Source: a virus (lineage: Duplodnaviria > Caudoviricetes). Taken from it: DNA of 28,782 bases. Positions 17,597 to 27,527 of the stretch are shown here, in pieces (positions within the stretch are counted from its first letter, which is position 1; every line of letters starts with the position of its first letter). Below the pieces are notes generated by a model. It did not search any database, had not been told where the DNA came from, and saw only the letters and a program-made list of their open reading frames with translations. Both the position numbers and the translations under genes were made by a program. The stretch is from positions 1-28,782 of IMG/VR virus record IMGVR_UViG_3300009095_000057; one strand, written 5' to 3'.

Positions 17597-19165
17597 TTAA
17601 AAGTTTGGTATTTCCTCTATAAGTACGGTTCTTGACAAATCTTCGATAAAGATGTCACAACGATCTTCCATCCAGATAGTATATCCAGGGAACATGTTCG
17701 CAGAACTCATACCTTGTGAACGAGCAAAACCTAAGTGGTGTTGACGACCATCTACATAACCCCAAGTCATTGAAGGAGAACCTTTATGGCGCACTTCACG
17801 GATGTTGTTTACCAACGAACCATCGCTTGATGGTGATACATCAAACACCATGAAAACAGGAGTTGATTTCTTATTTTGACCAAACTCAAGGTTTGATTGA
17901 GGAAGATCAAGTTCTTTCAAGTGGAAGATATCAATTCGACCAGTTTCACGACTTACCATTGCATTAAATGCAAATCCGTAAGTAAGTTTGTTTTGAGGAG
18001 AACCTACAGTAACATTACCTGATTCAGCACCTTTAATTTCAGTAAAGAAAGTCAGACCTGAGTTCAGAGCATCTTCCTTAACTGCTTGTTGGAAAGTATC
18101 CATACCAGCTTCGTTAGTATAGATTTTTACATGACGATTTGCAATATCCACACGTCTGTAGTACAGATCACCGAATACTGAACGTAACAAGCTTGCAGAG
18201 AATTCACCCCTGTTGTATTGTACAAGGTTACCGTTATTACGCATTCTATGATATACACCAGCAGAGCTACGCTTCACTTCTTGCTTTGAACCAGAAGTTT
18301 TAACAGTACCTGGTTTGCTCCAGATAAAGCGTTTAACTTTATCTTCAAGCATTTTAATACGCATTAAATATTCAACGAATGGTTCCCAACGAACATCATT
18401 ACGAGTAATAGGCATTTGGTTCCTACGCTGAGGAGCGTATACTAGAATATCCAAAGGTTTACCATCTGAATCACGAAGAGTACGTTCATCAGCCCATTTA
18501 GTAATAGTATGCTTACGACCATATGCTCCCGATAGAGATTCAAACATTACGATCTTTTCACCCAAACGAGGAAGACCTGGAAGATCTTGATCGAATTCAC
18601 CTACTACGCTATCAATTCCTTCAAGCTCAACTCCTACTTTAAGGAAACGTGAGTCTACGAAATCAACAAGAGGATTATCACTTACAAGAGTGAATGTGTA
18701 CAGACTACCTTTACCCCAAGGAAGAGGATCTTTTACAACATATAGTTGAGGTCCGTACATACGGCTACCCAAGCTTACTTTAGAGTGAACCCCAAATTCA
18801 GCAGTATCAAGTACTAATTGAATTTCTTGACCATCAATACCTGGCTTCTCCAAATTGGCAGTAGAAGTAGGGATGTCAATGATTTTAGGGAATTTGTAAG
18901 GTACATTAACATTCCATTTCCAGCTATCGCTGTTGGTGTCAATGTAAAAAGGTTTTGACTTGTTAACCATATCCAAAAAGTCATTGCTATACAATGAGCT
19001 TTGTGTATAGATGGATATAATTTTCTTGTCATAGTCCGCAGGATCAGTTGTGTGCAGACTTTCCAAGTGGTTACTGTCGGTAAGTTTACCTACAGCACGT
19101 TTGTCAAGAGATGAGTATCTCGCATAGGTAAATCCGGTTAATCCAGGGATTGTTTGAATAGCCAT
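17597..19165 (-). CDS. Major capsid protein (crAss-like HK97 fold)
   Basis: 522 aa after the acidic scaffold; WKWNV, AGVYHRM, YTNEAG, IFIEDLSRTVLIEEIP motifs; optimised codon usage. Confidence 0.85.
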   Translation of the reverse strand: MAIQTIPGLTGFTYARYSSLDKRAVGKLTDSNHLESLHTTDPADYDKKIISIYTQSSLYSNDFLDMVNKSKPFYIDTNSDSWKWNVNVPYKFPKIIDIPTSTANLEKPGIDGQEIQLVLDTAEFGVHSKVSLGSRMYGPQLYVVKDPLPWGKGSLYTFTLVSDNPLVDFVDSRFLKVGVELEGIDSVVGEFDQDLPGLPRLGEKIVMFESLSGAYGRKHTITKWADERTLRDSDGKPLDILVYAPQRRNQMPITRNDVRWEPFVEYLMRIKMLEDKVKRFIWSKPGTVKTSGSKQEVKRSSAGVYHRMRNNGNLVQYNRGEFSASLLRSVFGDLYYRRVDIANRHVKIYTNEAGMDTFQQAVKEDALNSGLTFFTEIKGAESGNVTVGSPQNKLTYGFAFNAMVSRETGRIDIFHLKELDLPQSNLEFGQNKKSTPVFMVFDVSPSSDGSLVNNIREVRHKGSPSMTWGYVDGRQHHLGFARSQGMSSANMFPGYTIWMEDRCDIFIEDLSRTVLIEEIPNF

Positions 19166-19202
19166 TTTGTTAGTGAAATTTAAAAGTTTATGTTAATTCG
19201 TA

Positions 19203-20417
19203 TTATGAAAACCAAGAAGAAGGTTGTTCTTTTTCTTTAGTCTTTTTAACCGAAGATTTCTCTGAATGCCTATTCAACTCTTGGAATAATGTATCAGATT
19301 GTTTACTAATTCCTGCTTTTTGAATAGTTGATAAGGTAGGATCTTTTTCTAAAGTTTTTAGCAAAAGAGCAACTTTTACCTTAAGTTCGTGGTTTTCAGG
19401 TCTTTTTAAATCCAAGATCCTTTTGTCAAACTCTGATAGAGTTTCGCCAGAAGGAGTCCTGTACCTGTCAACTAAGAGAAAATCTTGTAGTTCTTGTGCT
19501 AATTTAGGATTGATAGGAATACCATCAAATTCCTTATTTTTTAGTTTATTTTGCAAAACAGTATTTACATTAGTAGCATACTGTTGTTTAGATGCAGCTT
19601 GTTGTCTAAGTCTTTCTTGACTTTCCTGCTCCATTTGAGCAAGTTTAGTTGCTTCTTTTTTAACTAATACTTTATGGTAACGTTGAGAAACTTGTTCTAA
19701 ATCACCATAATTTTTAAGTCTTTCGACTTCTGTATTAACATCCTCATGATCAAGACCTTGATCTATAAGAGTCTGTCTTATGACTGCTATTTGATTTTCT
19801 TCTTTAGAAAGATCTAATTCAGCAAAGTTTTCTATTTTATTAGCTACTGTGAAGTATTCTCTGGGATCAACTCCCTTTACATAGATAGCTTCAAATGCCT
19901 TCTGATAGTCTTCCCCAAATTGAGAGATGAAAGTATTGATCTTATTCAGAGCAGCTTTCTCTCCTTCATATTTGAATCTTTCAAGGAATTCTTCAGGAGT
20001 ATTGACTTCAATATCATCTTCTTCTTCGTCTTGAGAAAAGACTCCTAATTTTAAAAGATCCTTAGCTAAAGCGGAATACTTATTAGTTGGAGCAGGTTCT
20101 TTTTCTTCCTTTTCCTCTTTCTTTTCAGTTTTTTTAGTATCGTCTTCCTCTTCTTCCTCTTCTTCAAGAAAGCTCTTTATAGGATTACCTTCTTCATCAA
20201 GTTTAGGCTCCTCCTCTTTCTTTTCTACTTTAGTCTCCTTTTTAGGTTTTTCTTCCTTTTTTTCAGGTTCGTCTTTAATTTCCTCCACTTCTTCAGGAGG
20301 AGTAGAAACAGTTTCGCTACCTAAAAGGTCAGAAATAATAGATTGATCTCCTAATATACTGGTTTCTTCAATACTAAAATCAGTAAAGGAAGTTGTACTT
20401 TCTTTGCCTTCAGTCAT
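19203..20417 (-). CDS. Putative scaffolding protein (crAss gene 77-like)
   Basis: Highly acidic disordered N-half, coiled-coil C-half, between portal and MCP. Confidence 0.7.
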   Translation of the reverse strand: MTEGKESTTSFTDFSIEETSILGDQSIISDLLGSETVSTPPEEVEEIKDEPEKKEEKPKKETKVEKKEEEPKLDEEGNPIKSFLEEEEEEEDDTKKTEKKEEKEEKEPAPTNKYSALAKDLLKLGVFSQDEEEDDIEVNTPEEFLERFKYEGEKAALNKINTFISQFGEDYQKAFEAIYVKGVDPREYFTVANKIENFAELDLSKEENQIAVIRQTLIDQGLDHEDVNTEVERLKNYGDLEQVSQRYHKVLVKKEATKLAQMEQESQERLRQQAASKQQYATNVNTVLQNKLKNKEFDGIPINPKLAQELQDFLLVDRYRTPSGETLSEFDKRILDLKRPENHELKVKVALLLKTLEKDPTLSTIQKAGISKQSDTLFQELNRHSEKSSVKKTKEKEQPSSWFS

Positions 20418-20447
20418 ATTTAGTTAAATTTTGATTGGTTTTCTATG

Positions 20448-20479
20448 CAAAAGTATAATGTTTATTTGGAAATAACAAG
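20448..20479 (-). promoter_or_regulatory. Bacteroidota-type promoter for scaffold-capsid operon
   Basis: TACTTTTG (TAnnTTTG) at 20455..20448 with CTTG 20 nt upstream; 30 nt before the scaffold ATG. Confidence 0.65.
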
Positions 20480-20484
20480 AAAAA

Positions 20485-20940
20485 TTATACAATAAGGTCA
20501 TTTTTCTCGCATAATATAGCATTATCCTTATTTTGTTTCTTTGGTTTTTTATAAAGTTTCTTATACTTATTTATAATGTTATGAACTTTATCCACCACAT
20601 CTTCTAAGTAATAACACTCCATTTCATCATTTGTTAAGGATAGATTATACCCATGCCAGCTAAATAGGATATTTATTAGATGCTTTGCCTCATGAGCTAT
20701 TTCACCAGGTTTAGCGGTATCTTTGAAAAAGAGCATGTACCTCCTGATACCCGATTCATTTTCATAAGCATAGGTATATGCTCGTATGTGCTTTATTTCG
20801 TCATCTTTCGCTATTTTCTCAGAAGTCCTATCTCTAGCATATTCTATTCCATGATATATTGTATTAGCTACTATTACCCAAATAGTAGCTTTAAATACAG
20901 GTAATTTAAACTTATGAAATAGTACTTTTTGGTTTTTCAT
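20485..20940 (-). CDS. Small HExxH zincin-like metallopeptidase
   Basis: GEIAHEAKH followed by a downstream DEMECY acidic ligand candidate. Confidence 0.65.
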   Translation of the reverse strand: MKNQKVLFHKFKLPVFKATIWVIVANTIYHGIEYARDRTSEKIAKDDEIKHIRAYTYAYENESGIRRYMLFFKDTAKPGEIAHEAKHLINILFSWHGYNLSLTNDEMECYYLEDVVDKVHNIINKYKKLYKKPKKQNKDNAILCEKNDLIV

Positions 20941-20970
20941 AATAATATAACATTATACGTATAGTTAATG

Positions 20971-23580
20971 TTATTTCTTTTTAGGTTTAGTTTTTGCTTT
21001 ATTAGCTCTATTTTTAGCGTTAATACGGGCTATTTGTATATCGTTCTCCATGTTCTCCCTTGCTACTTGAAGCTTTTCTCTTTCAAGCCTCATTTTATCC
21101 TCTGATAACTTATACTTGTTTTGTATATCCAAAAGTTTAGCTTGGTGAGATTTTGTAACTTTATCTCGTTCAAGTGAGAGTTTATTAGCTTCATATAGGT
21201 CAGGTATCTCGTTTTGGTTACTATCTTCCCCTTCAACTTTACCAAATCCAAGAGCTGAGATAATTGCAATTTCCTTCTTATTAACCCTATCCATTTCCTT
21301 TTCATAGGATTCATGTGCTCTATCAAGTTCTTTCTCGTAAGCCATTTGCTCCATTTGTTCAGTAGCAATTTCTCTTTGTTGTTGAACTTGTTGTTGCTCT
21401 ATCTGCATTTGTTGCTGTTGCATTTCTTCTTGTTTATCCCTCAAAGTTTTAAATACTTTCTCCATTTGCCTAATAGAGTCAGTAGAATAGAGCTGGATAA
21501 CATCCAAGAAAGAACCTCCATTTTGAAGTAATGGTTGAGCTAACATTCTTAATTCTTCGAATAACTTCTTGTCTTCTGGTCTGTTTGTAGGGAATACCTT
21601 TAAATCCCTTAATTTAAGGTCATTTCCATTTACCTGTACAAAAGCTGAAGTACCTTTTGAGTTTATATAAGATAATGTAGAGGTAGGTTTTTGACTCTCC
21701 ACATATAGGGATGCATCAATGATTGCTTGGTATAACTGACCTAATACATATTCATGGGCTACAAATAGAGGTTCTGTTTGAGCATAACTTTGTTGTAGGT
21801 TTGCATTTGATGCAGTTGCTGTAGATGAAGGCGCTGATTTACCTAACCTTTCTCTATTCATACCTATTAACTCCCAACACTGAGCCTTTAACCAATCTGC
21901 CATATTAATACGAGCAGTCATTTCATTAGATCTAGTAAGGTCAATGTTCTTTGCAATAGTTGTGTTACTGGTAGGAGCTTTAGTGTTTTCTGGAGAATCA
22001 TCATCGAAACTAACGCCTCTTTCCTTCGCTTCTAACATCCACATATCTACAGCATCCTGATCATCTGAATCTTTAAGTTTAGGAATACGTCTGATATTAA
22101 TGTTTGCTATATTACCTATTTCTTTCTCCAGAAGTTGATATAGTTGATTTAAACAGATATTATATAAAACCTGAAAAGGTTTCATCATATCTATTATGGA
22201 TTTAGGTTCTGTATTCTTAATTTCAAAATTAACCCCTATAATAGGACAGTAGTTAAGTATTTTTAAAGGTTTGATATGGTATATATCTGGTCCTATTTTA
22301 AATCCTTGATACCATTGGTTAATCCATCCCCATTCTACAGAAATCTCTGTAGGAATAGTTCCTGTTTTATAATTTTCATCTACAAGAATAGTTTGTTCAT
22401 TTCCTAACTCATCCTCATAGGTTACTTTTCCTATCTTCTTTTTACTAATCCAATATGCTCTAACTACTGTATATTTATATCCAAATGCAGATACATTTGA
22501 TGATAGTCCAAGAAAATCCTGAAGACTATCATTATTTTCTTTCATACTAGCATCAGCTATAGCTCTTTCTTGTAGAACTAAAGGGTCATAAGTATCGTAT
22601 TTTACACTATCCCATCCAGGTTGTTGATTTGGATTAAATAAGTTAGATTCACGTACATTCAGAAGACCAAAGTTCTCAACTCCTTTTCTTAAGTGATCTA
22701 TTTCCTCTCTTGTTAGTTCTGGAAAAGCCTCTATAATTTCAGAGATTTCCATCACATGAACAGTACCTGCTGCATATGCACCTCTAACTCTACCTGAAGG
22801 ATCAGAGATGAACTTCCTATCTGGAGTAGTTAAAAACCATACATTTTTAGGGTTTTCTACAGTAATGTTATATCCTAATTTAGAATTATCTTCGTATATA
22901 TGATAATATTCTCTTGCAGATATACAGAGGTCTCTAAATGCTTCTTCGCTCATTTCTTTGATATTGAAATCAGCTTTTTGGCACGTAAGAATATGATTGC
23001 CCCATTTTTCAGCTTTAGAAGTATAGGCTTCGATTTCATCCTTTACTTGCTCAAAGCTCATTTGTTCTAATTCTTCATCACTTATCTGTTGTCCTTGAAG
23101 AGCAAGTTGTTCCTGTATCTTTACTTTTGCTTCTGTAATAATATACTCATTCAAAAGTTGAGTCTTAAACGCAAGTTCTTCAGATTGACTATCATCATCA
23201 AAAGCCTTTACTTTATAGTCATCCGGTCGTTTAGTAAGTTCTCCAACAAGGTTATTTAAAGGAGTGGTTATAATAGAGTAATGTTTTACATATTTAGGTA
23301 AATCCATATCCTTTGTAAGGATCTCCGTAAAACTCTTAACTTCAGGTTCCTGATAGAAATCTTCACTTTTAAGTATACCTTTTACCAGATCGTAGTTCTT
23401 TACAAACGTATCTCTATTCTTAACATATTCAGCATATGCCTTATTTGAGAAATAATCCATTGTTTGTTTTGTCCAGTCTTTACTGCCAATTTTTTCATTT
23501 TCAGTTTTAAACTGGTCTGGATATTGTATAGTGTACGGGTATTTTACCGCTTGTTCTTTAAGCGTTCTAATTATAGCCAT
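20971..23580 (-). CDS. Portal protein
   Basis: 869 aa directly after terL; KHYSII..LVGELTKRP, WINQWYQGFKIG, SIIDMMKPFQVLYNI, IGMNRERLG; Gln-rich coiled-coil tail. Confidence 0.85.
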   Translation of the reverse strand: MAIIRTLKEQAVKYPYTIQYPDQFKTENEKIGSKDWTKQTMDYFSNKAYAEYVKNRDTFVKNYDLVKGILKSEDFYQEPEVKSFTEILTKDMDLPKYVKHYSIITTPLNNLVGELTKRPDDYKVKAFDDDSQSEELAFKTQLLNEYIITEAKVKIQEQLALQGQQISDEELEQMSFEQVKDEIEAYTSKAEKWGNHILTCQKADFNIKEMSEEAFRDLCISAREYYHIYEDNSKLGYNITVENPKNVWFLTTPDRKFISDPSGRVRGAYAAGTVHVMEISEIIEAFPELTREEIDHLRKGVENFGLLNVRESNLFNPNQQPGWDSVKYDTYDPLVLQERAIADASMKENNDSLQDFLGLSSNVSAFGYKYTVVRAYWISKKKIGKVTYEDELGNEQTILVDENYKTGTIPTEISVEWGWINQWYQGFKIGPDIYHIKPLKILNYCPIIGVNFEIKNTEPKSIIDMMKPFQVLYNICLNQLYQLLEKEIGNIANINIRRIPKLKDSDDQDAVDMWMLEAKERGVSFDDDSPENTKAPTSNTTIAKNIDLTRSNEMTARINMADWLKAQCWELIGMNRERLGKSAPSSTATASNANLQQSYAQTEPLFVAHEYVLGQLYQAIIDASLYVESQKPTSTLSYINSKGTSAFVQVNGNDLKLRDLKVFPTNRPEDKKLFEELRMLAQPLLQNGGSFLDVIQLYSTDSIRQMEKVFKTLRDKQEEMQQQQMQIEQQQVQQQREIATEQMEQMAYEKELDRAHESYEKEMDRVNKKEIAIISALGFGKVEGEDSNQNEIPDLYEANKLSLERDKVTKSHQAKLLDIQNKYKLSEDKMRLEREKLQVARENMENDIQIARINAKNRANKAKTKPKKK

Positions 23581-25614
23581 TTAGGTAAATAATTTATGTT
23601 TTCTTTGTTTAAATAAAGACGAACCTCCTGTAAATAAAGGGGCACGTTTATTTTTGTTTTTATATATTGATGAAACTCTTTCGTCAGGTTCTCCTCCCAC
23701 TTTTCCAAGTATGGGGTCTAATTTCATCGCTAAAGCGATTGCTAACTCTGCTGCAATTACTCTATCATAATTACCCTCTTCATCATTATATTGTATAATT
23801 TCTTCAAGTAAAAGAGGATCGAGAATTCTATTTATACCTAATACTTGAGAAGTAATATTACCCTCCTCATCTTTCTGAATAGATATTTCTTCTTCCATAT
23901 ACTTCTTTAAACAAGTGTGTAGAAAATTCCTTATCTTTTCAGCGGATCTATGAATACCATATTCTCTATTTACAGTAGTATTAGGTACTATTTCTTTTAA
24001 CCATTGAGGCTGTTTTTCTAAATAATGAGCATCGCCTTTAGATATCATATAATCTATAAAAGAGATTTCATCATTTTCACATAGGGTTCTAGCGTTATAG
24101 TACTTTACTAATAATCTTGCCTGTTCTTCCCATTTCTCCTTTTTATCAGGTCTAGCACAATAAGAGGCAACAAACATATCTTGATACTTCTCACCTGTAA
24201 TTGAGTGCATCCTTTTATATATAAATACAGAACCTAGTGAATTACTATATTCTGATTTACCCTGTCTATATGGGTCAACTCCTGCCACATATAGTCCATA
24301 TGGAGGATTTTCTATAGGGAACTCATATATAATCACAGGAGCATCTTTTGATTCCCCTGCTTTTAGTGGGAAGTTTGAAATAGGTTCTTTATCTGTAAAC
24401 TCATGTTTTATACCATTGTCATCATTATATAGAATTACAGGAGTTCCTACTTTACCTTGGGTAATAAGTCTATTCTTTTGTCGCTTTGCTGCTTCAACAT
24501 CAAATATATTATCAGAATTAGACAAGAAGCACTCTTCAATAGTAAGAGGATAATACATGACCTTTTTCATGTATATTGTCTTATCTGGATTCTTTTTAGC
24601 AGCCTCTCTTTCCTTATCTATTGTTTGTTTCGCTAATTCTTTATCTGAAACTAAAATTGGTATCTTTTCAAGCTCTGACCTATCTTTGATTTCTTTACCT
24701 TGTGAAATTAAATAATCAGCAAGGTTTGATTCTTTCTTACAATCTTGTCTATATAAACCGGATAGGAAGATACAGGTCTTTTTACCTGTTTGTTCATCAT
24801 AGACAGATAGGAAGTTATTTGCATCAGGGTTTAAAAAGAAGTTTTCCGCATCTTTCCCATTATCAAATGACCCTCCAGTACCTACAAGAATCGGTACTGC
24901 TCTAAATCCATTTTTACCTTTCATTGCAGGAACCCCTGCTTCATATGCTTGTGAAAAAGGGTATTTACCCACTTCGTCCATTATAAAAGTTTTTGCTGTT
25001 GTACCAGCAGATACTTCAGTATTATGTCCGTCTTTAGCATTTCGAATAACTATATACGACCAAATTTCATCATCACCGCTTGGTTTTTTATATCCAAGTC
25101 TAATTTGATTTGATCGCCATGTCTTATCTAATCTAGGTATATTTAAACCTTCCCAAACGTTTTTTAATCCAAAATCAACTTTATCTTTTAAAAGGGATAG
25201 GTCATTATCGTTACCGCAAACAATTACATTTTGAGTGAGTTTGAACATTATAGAGTTCATTCCAAAATAAGAAGCTTCCATTTCAGATTTACCTCCCTGC
25301 CTTCCTCCTATCTCCATGTATCCTTTTTTCTCAAGTCTACATCTTTCGAGATACTCAGCTCTTATCCATTCGTTATCTCTAAGTAACGGTAAAGATTCTT
25401 TTCTTATTTCATTACCCCATTCGTCAGTATCATCAATACGTATCCACCAATGATTTAAATGCCAATATAACCATCCTGATATATGGATGCCGTTTATATT
25501 AACTCCTCCCTTTATCTTCTGCTCTTCCCATTTAACTAAGTCGTCAAACTCCTTAGTCCCTACTGGAGGTAAAGATTTGATATTTTTGAAAAACTCTGTA
25601 GTTTTAATTTCCAT
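23581..25614 (-). CDS. terL: Terminase large subunit
   Basis: Walker A-like GGRQGGKS, Walker B IMDEVG, coupling motif GTGG, nuclease motifs AGVDPY and NYDRV. Confidence 0.92.
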   Translation of the reverse strand: MEIKTTEFFKNIKSLPPVGTKEFDDLVKWEEQKIKGGVNINGIHISGWLYWHLNHWWIRIDDTDEWGNEIRKESLPLLRDNEWIRAEYLERCRLEKKGYMEIGGRQGGKSEMEASYFGMNSIMFKLTQNVIVCGNDNDLSLLKDKVDFGLKNVWEGLNIPRLDKTWRSNQIRLGYKKPSGDDEIWSYIVIRNAKDGHNTEVSAGTTAKTFIMDEVGKYPFSQAYEAGVPAMKGKNGFRAVPILVGTGGSFDNGKDAENFFLNPDANNFLSVYDEQTGKKTCIFLSGLYRQDCKKESNLADYLISQGKEIKDRSELEKIPILVSDKELAKQTIDKEREAAKKNPDKTIYMKKVMYYPLTIEECFLSNSDNIFDVEAAKRQKNRLITQGKVGTPVILYNDDNGIKHEFTDKEPISNFPLKAGESKDAPVIIYEFPIENPPYGLYVAGVDPYRQGKSEYSNSLGSVFIYKRMHSITGEKYQDMFVASYCARPDKKEKWEEQARLLVKYYNARTLCENDEISFIDYMISKGDAHYLEKQPQWLKEIVPNTTVNREYGIHRSAEKIRNFLHTCLKKYMEEEISIQKDEEGNITSQVLGINRILDPLLLEEIIQYNDEEGNYDRVIAAELAIALAMKLDPILGKVGGEPDERVSSIYKNKNKRAPLFTGGSSLFKQRKHKLFT

Positions 25615-25919
25615 TACTGCATTCTATGAGGAACAGTAGCTGAACCCCTAGCTTCTTTTTTAGCTTCTTCTATCTTTCTCATTGAATCTACTTCTTTTAA
25701 TAGAGAGAGATAATTCTTCATCGTTTCTTGTAAGAATTTACCTTGCTGTTCAATAGACGCAATTACCATAGGTAACATACCTCCCTTAGCAGTAGGTTTC
25801 CATTCAATACGATCTTTTAGTTCATGTATAGGATTAGCATCTATGTAAGCTTTCCAACTTTGAAGTTGAACCTCAGCCCAGTCTAATTCTATATCAACAA
25901 AAGTTTGTTTTTTAGCCAT
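25614..25919 (-). CDS. Hypothetical helical protein, candidate small terminase (likely start MAKKQ at 25919)
   Basis: Coupled to terL by TAATG overlap. Function is inferred from position only. Confidence 0.5.
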   Translation of the reverse strand: MAKKQTFVDIELDWAEVQLQSWKAYIDANPIHELKDRIEWKPTAKGGMLPMVIASIEQQGKFLQETMKNYLSLLKEVDSMRKIEEAKKEARGSATVPHRMQ

Positions 25920-26190
25920 AATCTTCGTTATCAAGAGTTAGGTTCATACCATCTTCTATAATCTTCTGTAGCTCTTGTTCATCAGTTTCATGGAAAACAT
26001 CCATTTCTAGAGTAGCCTCATATTTAGTTAGTGCATATAAGAGTTCTTTATCTGTCATTCCCCATATATCCCCATATTCATCGAGTGCTGTTGAAATGTG
26101 TCTCCCTAGGTTATAGGATGGGTACCTCTTTTTGAGTTCCATTAAAATTCCTATAGCCTGTACGTAGTAGTTTGGTTTTACATTTTTCAT
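25912..26190 (-). CDS. Hypothetical protein
   Basis: 92-aa ORF overlapping its neighbours in operon fashion. Confidence 0.7.
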   Translation of the reverse strand: MKNVKPNYYVQAIGILMELKKRYPSYNLGRHISTALDEYGDIWGMTDKELLYALTKYEATLEMDVFHETDEQELQKIIEDGMNLTLDNEDYG

Positions 26191-26435
26191 ATCATTGTAT
26201 CTCTAATATCTTGATCTGTTAGAGTCTTTTGTTCTTTTTCAATATCTTCTTCGTCAAAATTATCCTTATATTCTTCATTTATATAATCAGAAGTAAAAAA
26301 TATACCAATTGTATCTTCTCCGTTTTTATTATACCCGGATAGATCAATGAAGTCTATTCCTTTATCATACAACTGGTTAAGTATTTCGATAAATGATTCC
26401 AGTTGGATTTTTCTGATTCTAAATTCATTTTCCAT
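26187..26435 (-). CDS. Hypothetical acidic protein
   Basis: 82-aa ORF, ATGA overlap with the next gene. Confidence 0.7.
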   Translation of the reverse strand: MENEFRIRKIQLESFIEILNQLYDKGIDFIDLSGYNKNGEDTIGIFFTSDYINEEYKDNFDEEDIEKEQKTLTDQDIRDTMI

Positions 26436-26802
26436 GTTCTTTCCACTTTAAAGGTAATTGATTATTAGGGTTGTCTTTATTCCATGTTTCAATACCACAC
26501 TTATTTGACATACCTGATGTCCTAATATTTATCCCACAGCCACAAAAGGAACAATGATCATCTGTTCTGTGAGTTTTATAGTTTCGTCCTGTTAATTCTT
26601 TAAATTCATTAGAAGTAACTGCATTCTTGCTCATAAATGGACAAGTAGCACAAATCACCCTTCTTCTTATAATTTCTTCTTTCTCATCTTCAGGTAATGT
26701 ATCTAATTTAAGTTTTACATTAGATACAATACTCTCTACAATTTTAGCAGAGTTAGGTAATCCTGCTGGTATTAACTTAAGGTATTCTCCAATTGCTGAC
26801 AT
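26425..26802 (-). CDS. Cys-rich putative zinc-binding protein
   Basis: RRRVICATCP..CSFCGC..C..W pattern. Confidence 0.7.
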   Translation of the reverse strand: MSAIGEYLKLIPAGLPNSAKIVESIVSNVKLKLDTLPEDEKEEIIRRRVICATCPFMSKNAVTSNEFKELTGRNYKTHRTDDHCSFCGCGINIRTSGMSNKCGIETWNKDNPNNQLPLKWKEHGK

Positions 26803-27146
26803 TTTTCTATTCTTGGTTTTATTCCTTCTAAAAAAGCTAGGGTATTATTTAGCTTTGTTTCTATACTTTTTCTCCTGTTTTCAGTCAAGTTAGGATCTTC
26901 TAATATTTTCCTAAATGTTTTCTCCTTTGATAAGTTCTTTTCCCACTTTCTTAATGCTTTACTCTTATTAAAAAGTAGCTTCCCAAATCCTGAAATTTCA
27001 ACAGTATCATGTTTTTTAGTAGCCTCGTATATCCCCTCCATTTGGTGAACTACTACAGCATCTATAATTTTTGAAGGAATATTAGTTTTTAAAGACATTA
27101 CTTTAACTAAATAGTCCTTTACAGACATTGATACAGGTTTATCCAT
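26772..27146 (-). CDS. Second HU/IHF-like DNA-binding protein
   Basis: Helix-helix N-terminus then TVEISGFGKLLF, matching the HU V.I.GFG.F motif. Confidence 0.65.
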   Translation of the reverse strand: MDKPVSMSVKDYLVKVMSLKTNIPSKIIDAVVVHQMEGIYEATKKHDTVEISGFGKLLFNKSKALRKWEKNLSKEKTFRKILEDPNLTENRRKSIETKLNNTLAFLEGIKPRIEKCQQLENTLS

Positions 27147-27492
27147 TTACGGTTAGATTTACTTGTAACACAATATTATTAGAAAAATCTAAAAGTATTT
27201 TAGGATTAACTTTAACTTTAGTTCCGTCTTTTACTAAAACTCCTATTTTCTTTAATTTACTCACCATATTGTTTATAGTGGGAGAGGAGGAATTGTAGAG
27301 CTTACAAAATTCCTCCTTATTAGTAGAATAGGAAATATTCCCTTTTATAGCTGTGAAGGCAACTAGTTGAATCTCCCTTTCGGTGAGTTTAATCCCATTA
27401 ACTGCTGATAGTACAGAGTAATATCTGTATGCTAATCCTAATGGATTTTCTTCTTTTTTCTTTAGTTTCTGGAATATAATTTGGTTTTCCAT
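27139..27492 (-). CDS. Winged helix-turn-helix protein, likely start MENQ at 27492 (117 aa)
   Basis: LTEREIQLV..SSPTINNMVSKLKKIGVLVK..VKVNP wHTH pattern. The longer ORF-track start runs through a promoter. Confidence 0.7.
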   Translation of the reverse strand: MENQIIFQKLKKKEENPLGLAYRYYSVLSAVNGIKLTEREIQLVAFTAIKGNISYSTNKEEFCKLYNSSSPTINNMVSKLKKIGVLVKDGTKVKVNPKILLDFSNNIVLQVNLTVNG

Positions 27493-27496
27493 ACTG

Positions 27497-27527
27497 CAAA
27501 TATACGATAAATTCTTTAAATAACAAA
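27497..27527 (-). promoter_or_regulatory. Bacteroidota-type promoter (TTTG-N19-TATATTTG)
   Basis: TATATTTG at 27504..27497 and TTTG at 27527..27524. Confidence 0.75.

Noticed and set aside
17597-19165. Higher GC and different codon use in MCP and auxiliary capsid as a sign of horizontal transfer
   Set aside because: Consistent with translational optimisation of highly expressed capsid genes in normal syntenic positions.
17096-25614. Group I intron or intein in MCP, portal or terL
   Set aside because: The ORFs are continuous, MCP has a complete-looking C-terminus before the HNH, and I saw no intein C/HN motifs or group I core elements.
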